From the IMG/VR virus record IMGVR_UViG_3300043773_002340, positions 7,913 through 71,912 of that record: a stretch of 64,000 nucleotides of DNA; one strand, 5' to 3'. How positions within the stretch are numbered: position 1 is the first letter of the stretch; the number at the start of each line of letters is the position of its first letter. A program made the translations under genes and the position numbers. The notes below the pieces were generated by a model. It worked only from the letters and a program-made list of their open reading frames with translations. It was not told the DNA's origin and did no database searches. This document shows positions 59,001 through 64,000 of the stretch, piece by piece. The DNA is from a virus.

Positions 59001-61203
59001 TGGCGGAGAAGGTCGCACCAACGCCTGTTGTACCAGGCAGGGTGACAGACGGAACAGCGGTGTACAGCGAACCACCAGAGAAGGCATTGATGGCCACGAT
59101 ACGACCACCTGTGGTGGAGAGAGTCGCGGAGGCGGAGGCAGACGAACCACCGGTGAAGCTCACCGAGGGAGTCGCGATGAAGTTCTGACCAGGGGTGGCC
59201 AGAGTCAGAGTCTTGACTGTACCAGTCGCGGCCAGAGTCGCGGTGGCAGTAGCAGCCACACCACCAGCAGCGGCGGGAGCCGTGATGCCGACAGACGGAG
59301 TCGACTCATAGTCAGCTCCACCGGAGGTGAGAGCCAGTTTGGCGACTTTACCACCGACAGTTGCCAGGGTGCAGGTCACGCTAGCACCAGCACCAGGATC
59401 ACCACCAGCATTCACAACGTTGACGGTTGGAGTGTTGGTGTAGCCGGAACCAGCAACGGTCACCGAAGCCTCGTCCACCAAGCCTGTGTCGCCGAGAACG
59501 GCGTTACCAGTGGCTGTGACGCCGCCAGCGGCTGCGGGAGCGGGGAAGGCGACGCTGGGCAGGAAGCCCGCGTTGTAGCCACTACCCGGGTTGGTGATTG
59601 TGACGCCTGTCACGGCGTCGCCGAGTTCACCGGAGCCGGAGGAAGTATCCACGGGGATACAGCCAGGAGGCAGGGTGTTCACGCCTGGGTACTGAGGAGT
59701 GCCATCACCGTCGAGTCCGCCTTGGCTGATGACCCAGTTGTAGGCGGTGACGGCCTGAGGATAGGTCTCAGCGAAGTAGACGTAACCGGTGAGGGTCTTG
59801 TTGGAGGGGGTCAGGTAGGTGGGAACCACATACACTGTCTCGCCTTCCAAGGAGGAGAGTGCACCAACACAGTCGCTCAGGGTCACGGGAGTACCAGCTT
59901 CCTTGGTGGAAGGCCAGTTTTCACCTTGAAGGTCGAGCAGACCGGGACGGTCGTAGGCGGGAGTGGTGCTTGTCGAGAACGAGATGATTCCATTGTCGCG
60001 AAGCGACAGGAAGTTGTTGAAAGGAACGTTCAGGTTCTGGGAACCGTTGACGGCCGTTTCAGGGTTGCTCTCAGTGCCACTCAGAGGAGTGTAGCGCAGT
60101 TGAACGTAGTCGGTATTGTCAGCGGTCCACTCATAGACAGAGTTGCCAACAAGGAAATCCTGACCGGTCTTCAGCGGGGCAGCAGCGGCGTGCTGAGTGA
60201 AGCCATTGTACTCGAGAATGTCAGTCACGTTGTACGGACCGGCATCAGCGATGGCCATCCACTTGTGGCTGTTCAGCTCGGCCTGGAAAGCCATTTCTTG
60301 GCCAACCAGACGGCGGCCTTCGGGACCAAACTTGGCGAAAGCACAAGGAGCGGTCAGGTAGCCCTGATCCTCTTGATCCACGAAAGCGGTGCGCAGGCAC
60401 TGCAGGTAGTCAGCAACAAGTTCGTTGGTGTTCTCGCTATCGGGGATAACGGGACCCACGGTGTACGCGTTCAGAGTGAACACGTAGTAGGAACCATCGC
60501 TCGGGGGCTCACTCTCGGGAACCACACTGATGGGAGCGTTGAACTCACGACCGGCGAGGTACTCGAAAGCACACTCGGCGAACTGCTCACTGCAGACTCC
60601 CAGATCGCGGACGATGGTGCCAGCGGAGACGTTAGGGTCTGTGGTGACAGCGCGAGCGATTGCGTCGCGAATGGCAATAGCAATCTTCTTGTTATTGTCG
60701 AAGTTACCCTCGACGTAGTCCACAGGGATCCCGACGGGAACGCCTTTCCAGGTGCCGGAGGCGGTGAACTCACCGAGGCGGGCGCCGTTGATCAGCAGTT
60801 GAGCATGGACGATGTCACCAGCTTCCAGAGGGGTGGAAACACCCAGACCGTTGGTCTTGAAGCCAGAGGGGTTGAGCTGCACTTCCATCACGTTGGCGGG
60901 AGTGCCAACGCGGATCACACGCAGGTCACCGACGTAGCTTTGTGTGAAGAAAGCGTCGACGCACTGGTAGGACAGCAGTTCGATCTTGCCGCTAGGAATA
61001 GCGCCGCCGATCAGACGTACATACTCACGAGTGTTGGTGACTTGCACTGGCTCGTTGAAGGGGAAGAGAGTCGTGGGAATCTCAGGCTCCACTTCGACCA
61101 GCATGTAGACAGTGCTAAATGCCGCGATTGCGGGGGTCGCCGACTGTCCGGCGACCTCATTGATATAAACTCCGGGGGCTCCCCCGAAAGAAATTGTTGC
61201 CAT
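56047..61203 (-). CDS. Contractile tail sheath protein with ~600-aa repeat insertion
   Basis: APGVYINE N-terminus; AYYGPYL; PPAG; QDILNPRGCN; IWGGRT; FVNTR; FQVICDE; VPTLERI; start placed at MATISFGG (61203). Confidence 0.93.
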   Translation of the reverse strand: MATISFGGAPGVYINEVAGQSATPAIAAFSTVYMLVEVEPEIPTTLFPFNEPVQVTNTREYVRLIGGAIPSGKIELLSYQCVDAFFTQSYVGDLRVIRVGTPANVMEVQLNPSGFKTNGLGVSTPLEAGDIVHAQLLINGARLGEFTASGTWKGVPVGIPVDYVEGNFDNNKKIAIAIRDAIARAVTTDPNVSAGTIVRDLGVCSEQFAECAFEYLAGREFNAPISVVPESEPPSDGSYYVFTLNAYTVGPVIPDSENTNELVADYLQCLRTAFVDQEDQGYLTAPCAFAKFGPEGRRLVGQEMAFQAELNSHKWMAIADAGPYNVTDILEYNGFTQHAAAAPLKTGQDFLVGNSVYEWTADNTDYVQLRYTPLSGTESNPETAVNGSQNLNVPFNNFLSLRDNGIISFSTSTTPAYDRPGLLDLQGENWPSTKEAGTPVTLSDCVGALSSLEGETVYVVPTYLTPSNKTLTGYVYFAETYPQAVTAYNWVISQGGLDGDGTPQYPGVNTLPPGCIPVDTSSGSGELGDAVTGVTITNPGSGYNAGFLPSVAFPAPAAAGGVTATGNAVLGDTGLVDEASVTVAGSGYTNTPTVNVVNAGGDPGAGASVTCTLATVGGKVAKLALTSGGADYESTPSVGITAPAAAGGVAATATATLAATGTVKTLTLATPGQNFIATPSVSFTGGSSASASATLSTTGGRIVAINAFSGGSLYTAVPSVTLPGTTGVGATFSAILAASGGVATVAVSNGGSGYTLPPIVSFAGDGASAAATAVLATEGGAAVVASAGEVASAPSLSGTITLAGAGAETDIVIDYVIDAGSVASFSVGSAGSGWTQANVNLALAGSYGTVTDSDPTNWTTAPTLTVTLGYAVVSVTVGTNGLGYTTASAGFANAPGDTTGAGAVAGAVAIGKAVASISVTNAGSGYTAADPVALTITPAGGDTTGAGATATVYKGFPLASVTLNTGGSGYDESALVSVINDPSDSFGSGAGLTYAIGRAVASVSLTSGGSGYAATDVVSVSFTSGNPSAPATAVATKGFPVSGVTIADRGAGYLTAPSLTFTASPLDSGNTIVPASGATVLGFGIVDVEITNAGSGYTEADMPLTLVFTGGSPLVSAAGFATLQTKGTGVLTYEVPAWDLYVEIDGQTSDLILNDSNNVLDLNTLHLPGTLQNSTEDYQLAQFTRTFAETDLTKENPSVANSPVVFGCLNHGLVNGSVIYFTAPITKATGGTLVTASTSQASVKYYVSVINGNQFRLATTLTNLNSRIFIQFPTGGFTAGQTTLSYSGLLVAPENTSLYNNEGVVNIIRGRKYGFNTFNVLPTFYPANLDPLTGPAGQGLVHTLGFYRVENQPDEKYYSPYGEFDAGIPNPDNAGFLGDLILGDQDTQSFFCTPLVANDRSDQAYITPTYTDGGGVKRVLWGASLSLRYNAYKEAPGNLWRFNAVTSEELVDYGLRGTFNEGVPACVLVATGIDDAQKLLDDSQQYYNPRGFIAYYGPYLKNGSGAWIPASPYVTGVAIRRYRSEGFQYPPAGVKFPLNGVSAVQIPINSTQQDILNPRGCNVCRTLPGYGSTVFIWGGRTRINQQDAEQRQFQFVNTRVIMNVVYGSLRRAFDSQIFNVIDGFGLVYNKIISIGNSILNELYVRGALFGYRPSQAFQVICDERIQTSASLEAGIVHAKVFVVPVPTLERIEVDLIRVAIGNMQNELDAIGVGQDNAI

Positions 61204-61345
61204 TTTAATATGGTCGGAAGTCCCTTCTTTTCTCAAGACGTGATGGTGGCCTCGGGGAAGCTCCACCTACGGTCTCCGCAGAGTCACGCTCAAGGTTCTG
61301 TCGCTTTTCGACGGCCCGCTCTATCCTCCGTTTCCGGCGCGGTCG
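61204..61345 (-). ncRNA. Candidate structured leader RNA upstream of the sheath gene
   Basis: 142-nt intergenic with several nested stems folded by eye; no known family recognised. Confidence 0.35.
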
Positions 61346-61714
61346 TTATCGATTGCCTGTAAGTGCTTCAGGCGTGTCCATCGTGTAGCCGTTCACCTCA
61401 TTGTAGTTGACCAAACTGTACAGATTGTACTTGCTGGCCTGTGCTTCATATTCTTCGAGTGATTCGAACGGAAAGATTCTCTCAAGAACTCCAGCATTCT
61501 CCGTGTTGACGAAGAAGCCGTCATTGTTTGTGGAGGAGAGCACTCGCTGACTGTTGACGTCAAGCGAGAGCACGACTCCGACAGGTGGTTCCTCAGTGAC
61601 GGACCACTGGGGATTTTGCTCGATCACCGAGCGAAAGTCGAGCGAGTTCGTGTAGTAGAAGTAGCCGAGTTTTCTCCAGGTGTCCCCCGGATTCCAGGTG
61701 ATCGAGATGTTCAT
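61346..61714 (-). CDS. P2 gpX/LysM-like baseplate protein
   Basis: GDTWRKLGYFYY......VIEQNP......PVGVVL. Confidence 0.7.
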   Translation of the reverse strand: MNISITWNPGDTWRKLGYFYYTNSLDFRSVIEQNPQWSVTEEPPVGVVLSLDVNSQRVLSSTNNDGFFVNTENAGVLERIFPFESLEEYEAQASKYNLYSLVNYNEVNGYTMDTPEALTGNR

Positions 61715-61721
61715 CGTTCAA

Positions 61722-62240
61722 TCAGACGAAACCGCCATTGCGGCGAGCGTTGAACATGAGGCGGGCGGCAATCTCACGACCGCGGGTCTTCTCGACGCCG
61801 GCCTCGGCGATGATTTGGTCCACACCGGCTTTTTCGACAGAAGCGGGGGTGATGGCGGAGGCACGAATCTCAGCGAGACGCTCCTCAGTCATGGGCTTCA
61901 GGCCCTCGTCCTTCGGCTGCTCAGTTTTCTCCGGATCCTTGCGCTTGTCAGCAAGCATTTCGGCCAGCGCAGTGGTGTCAACCGGAGCCGCTGCAGCAGG
62001 CGTTTCCACCGCCACAGGAGCCTCTGGTTCCACGGCAGGTTCTTCAACAGCGGGAGCTTCTTCAGGTGCTTGTGCTTCCTCGAGGGCTTCCTCGACGACT
62101 TCGACTCCTGCTTCTTTTTCGGCTTTGATTTGTGCGGCTGTCTTTCCATCCTCCCAAGCCTCATTCACATCAGGAGTTGCGGGATTATCCCCGGCGAGTT
62201 TACCGTCAGCTGTACGGGCGCGCTTGCGACGAGTAGCCAT
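61722..62240 (-). CDS. Hypothetical E/A/P-rich protein
   Basis: RARTADGKLAGDNPATPDVNEAW motif recalled from aquatic phage proteins. Confidence 0.7.
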   Translation of the reverse strand: MATRRKRARTADGKLAGDNPATPDVNEAWEDGKTAAQIKAEKEAGVEVVEEALEEAQAPEEAPAVEEPAVEPEAPVAVETPAAAAPVDTTALAEMLADKRKDPEKTEQPKDEGLKPMTEERLAEIRASAITPASVEKAGVDQIIAEAGVEKTRGREIAARLMFNARRNGGFV

Positions 62241-62242
62241 AG

Positions 62243-62656
62243 TTACTTCCTACGTTTTGAAAAGAAAATGTTTTTGAAAGCGATGGCGCCGAGTGCTGCC
62301 AGGGCTTTCGGTGGAATGCCCATCCACGGACGCGCGGGCATTTTACTTGTGCCGAATTGGTTGTAGGCTCCGTATGGTGTGGTGTTCACCTTGAAACCCT
62401 GCTGATAGGGCACGATTTTTGCAGTGTCTTGCATTCGGCCAGTTGCCCGAAGGATGGGCTGGCCAGGGTATTTCTTATCCTTCCACGCGCGATAGTCAGG
62501 CGATAGTTGTGCCCACGGCTTCCCGTTTGTTGGGTTTCTCTCGTCCTTCCAGAATGGTTTCTGTTCGGCGAGAAGAATGGGCGCCCACTCCCTCTGTGTT
62601 TTCGGCCACCAATTGGTATTGATGGACGGCATATTTTTCACTTTGAAAGTGATCAT
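62243..62656 (-). CDS. Virion morphogenesis protein (Mu gpG/P2 gpS-like)
   Basis: P..G.PWAQLSP; ILRATGRM; YGAYNQFGTSKMPARPWMG. Confidence 0.9.
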   Translation of the reverse strand: MITFKVKNMPSINTNWWPKTQREWAPILLAEQKPFWKDERNPTNGKPWAQLSPDYRAWKDKKYPGQPILRATGRMQDTAKIVPYQQGFKVNTTPYGAYNQFGTSKMPARPWMGIPPKALAALGAIAFKNIFFSKRRK

Positions 62657-63090
62657 CGCTTCTTTGATTTCTTCATCGCGGCCTCTTCGGCCTTGATGTG
62701 CTGATTGAGAATCTCAATCATCAGCAGGATCTTAGGGACTGGAAGGGTCTCCATCCACTCGATGGAGGCATCCCAGCGCTGCTTACAGAGGTGGAATGCT
62801 GTCTGAAGCCACGATTCAACCGTCATGACTCTCGATGCGAGAACATTCTCGGCGACCCATTCGAATGCTTTTCGTGTCTCATGGACACTCAGCCATTCTA
62901 GGGACTCCTCCTCGAGAAGGACGCGAGTGACCATCGCGATGGCGACATCACTGTCGGAGAGTTTCTCGTTCTGAAGGACCTGGATGAAGTAGAAATCCTT
63001 TGGTGTGAGGTCACGGAAGCGGACTGGTCCGCGTCCATTCACCCACACCTCATAGGTGAAGTTTTCCTGGTCCTTGACGATCAGTTTGGG
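62653..63090 (-). CDS. Frameshift extension (GT-type) of the tail assembly chaperone
   Basis: -1 frame is open from the slippery site (PKLIVKDQENFTYEVWVNG...) and continuous with ORF 62653..63048. Confidence 0.75.
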   Translation of the reverse strand, partial: PKLIVKDQENFTYEVWVNGRGPVRFRDLTPKDFYFIQVLQNEKLSDSDVAIAMVTRVLLEEESLEWLSVHETRKAFEWVAENVLASRVMTVESWLQTAFHLCKQRWDASIEWMETLPVPKILLMIEILNQHIKAEEAAMKKSKKR

Positions 63091-63410
63091 TCTTCGTCCT
63101 CATCAGCTCCGCTCGCCTGTCCGACGAGTTCACTGACTTTCTTGAAGTCACGAACGCCGAGATCAAGGACTTCCTCGTAGGTGATCTTATTGATCCCTAC
63201 ACTCAGTCGCTCGATGATTTTCATCCCTTTCTCAACATCACCGGCTTTGCTGAGATCCTTCTCCATGTAGAGAAGATCACGACCGGTCATTTCACGGATG
63301 ATGATTTCGCGTCCGTCACTCAGCGTGGTGCTGAAGGTGAGGATGTCCTTTTTAGGAGCTGTGGGTTTGATGACCACTGCAGTTTCCTCTGTTTCCGAAA
63401 CGATTTTCAT
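63081..63410 (-). CDS. Tail assembly chaperone (Mu gp41/P2 gpE-like)
   Basis: LSDGREIIIREMTGRDLL...IT.EEVLDL..RDF; ends ...DPN at the slippery heptamer. Confidence 0.8.
   Translation of the reverse strand: MKIVSETEETAVVIKPTAPKKDILTFSTTLSDGREIIIREMTGRDLLYMEKDLSKAGDVEKGMKIIERLSVGINKITYEEVLDLGVRDFKKVSELVGQASGADEDEDPN
63084..63090 (-). other. -1 programmed frameshift slippery site C CCA AAC
   Basis: X XXY YYZ heptamer in the correct phase immediately before the TGA stop. Confidence 0.8.
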
Positions 63411-63685
63411 GTGGTTGGTGACTTTTCGTCTGGTGTCTGGTACATTTTTACCCCAACAAGACGCACAAAAGCCTCCAAGTCCCCGTATGAGGTCCCTGGA
63501 GGCAATTTCATGATGTTCATGTTGGCGTATGTGAGCGAAGTTTTCGCTCCCTTGATGTCTCCCTGAAGAAAACGATCGAGTGCATCAATCGCCCACTCCT
63601 CAGTGTAGACAACCTCAAGACAAGGCGAACCTTGGTCGCTGCATTGTGTTGATTGATTGGACATTTTCCCATACCTCGTTCGCAC
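63407..63685 (-). CDS. Hypothetical protein
   Basis: ORF overlapping its neighbours; start uncertain. Confidence 0.5.
   Translation of the reverse strand: MRTRYGKMSNQSTQCSDQGSPCLEVVYTEEWAIDALDRFLQGDIKGAKTSLTYANMNIMKLPPGTSYGDLEAFVRLVGVKMYQTPDEKSPTT
63446..63453 (-). promoter_or_regulatory. GGGTAAAA motif (putative late promoter)
   Basis: 35 nt upstream of the chaperone ATG, at the head of the structural block. Confidence 0.6.
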
Positions 63686-63998
63686 CCCAACCAGGTTCGA
63701 CCATGAATGATGGGAACATCGTCACATAGCGATAGAAGTTCTCCATCTCGTCGATGTAGAAGTGGTGCTCGTTCTGACGAGCCATAAACTCGTCACGGGC
63801 CATCCAATGTGATGGTTGACGCTGCCTCTTGTGAAGCTCGTCCCAATGAAGTGGGGCGCACCAGTGCCAAGGCTTGGTGACGCCCACGTGAATAACGTCG
63901 TGTTTCTTACTCAACTCAAATTCAAGATCCATGATCTCAACGAGGTGATCATGGTTTCGCTTGCGAAATCGCTCCAAAATGAAAGCGCAGAGGTAGCT
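63615..63998 (-). CDS. Hypothetical protein, 5' end probably outside the window
   Basis: Frame stays open to the right edge upstream of TTG 63977. Confidence 0.55.
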   Translation of the reverse strand, partial: SYLCAFILERFRKRNHDHLVEIMDLEFELSKKHDVIHVGVTKPWHWCAPLHWDELHKRQRQPSHWMARDEFMARQNEHHFYIDEMENFYRYVTMFPSFMVEPGWGANEVWENVQSINTMQRPRFALS

Positions 63999-64000
63999 GC

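Noticed and set aside
57571-61362. 1263-aa plus-strand ORF antisense to the sheath (also 56062..57354)
   Set aside because: Shadow ORF expected from strong codon bias of the sheath gene; no recognisable domain or expression signal.
34764-63410. Tailocin/eCIS or transposable Mu prophage
   Set aside because: Capsid, portal, protease and terminase are present, so not a tailocin; no transposase, repressor or host genes in the window.
1-64000. tRNA, rRNA, CRISPR array or stop-codon reassignment
   Set aside because: No cloverleafs or spaced repeat arrays noticed; genes are full length and tightly packed under the standard code with all three stops used.

Overview
This window is the late (virion morphogenesis) region of a large contractile-tailed dsDNA phage (myovirus morphology). 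Essentially all real genes lie on the minus strand, tightly packed. In transcription order (right to left): tail assembly chaperone with a -1 frameshift, Mu gpG-like, gpX/LysM-like, a ~1720-aa tail sheath, RHH protein, gp25-like, DUF935/Mu gp29-like portal, Mu gpI-like protease/scaffold, gpF-like, capsid cement, major capsid, tail tube, baseplate J-like and other baseplate genes, gpV-like spike, SwmB-gp36 fusion, a ~26-kb array of tail fibre/adhesin genes with an embedded GT9-like glycosyltransferase, gp37-like, terminase small and large subunits with an HNH gene between them, phoH, and a cluster of small putative internal head proteins. I recognised no tape measure, integrase, tRNA or CRISPR. 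Main observations: (1) a GT9-fold glycosyltransferase with Lys at the usual catalytic Asp position sits between fibres whose beta-roll repeats carry many Cys (about 53 in one half-protein, none in the other), a candidate fibre S-glycosylation system; (2) eight fibres share an Mtd_N-like N-terminus and several neighbours end in a (D/N)xGx(F/Y) motif, a candidate branched plug-and-socket fibre system; (3) a strand-specific GGGTAAAA motif precedes many genes (candidate late promoter); (4) [FYH][AS]E motifs are shared by the scaffold and small proteins. Family assignments come from motif recognition by eye, not database searches; a cyanobacterial or aquatic host is only a weak inference.
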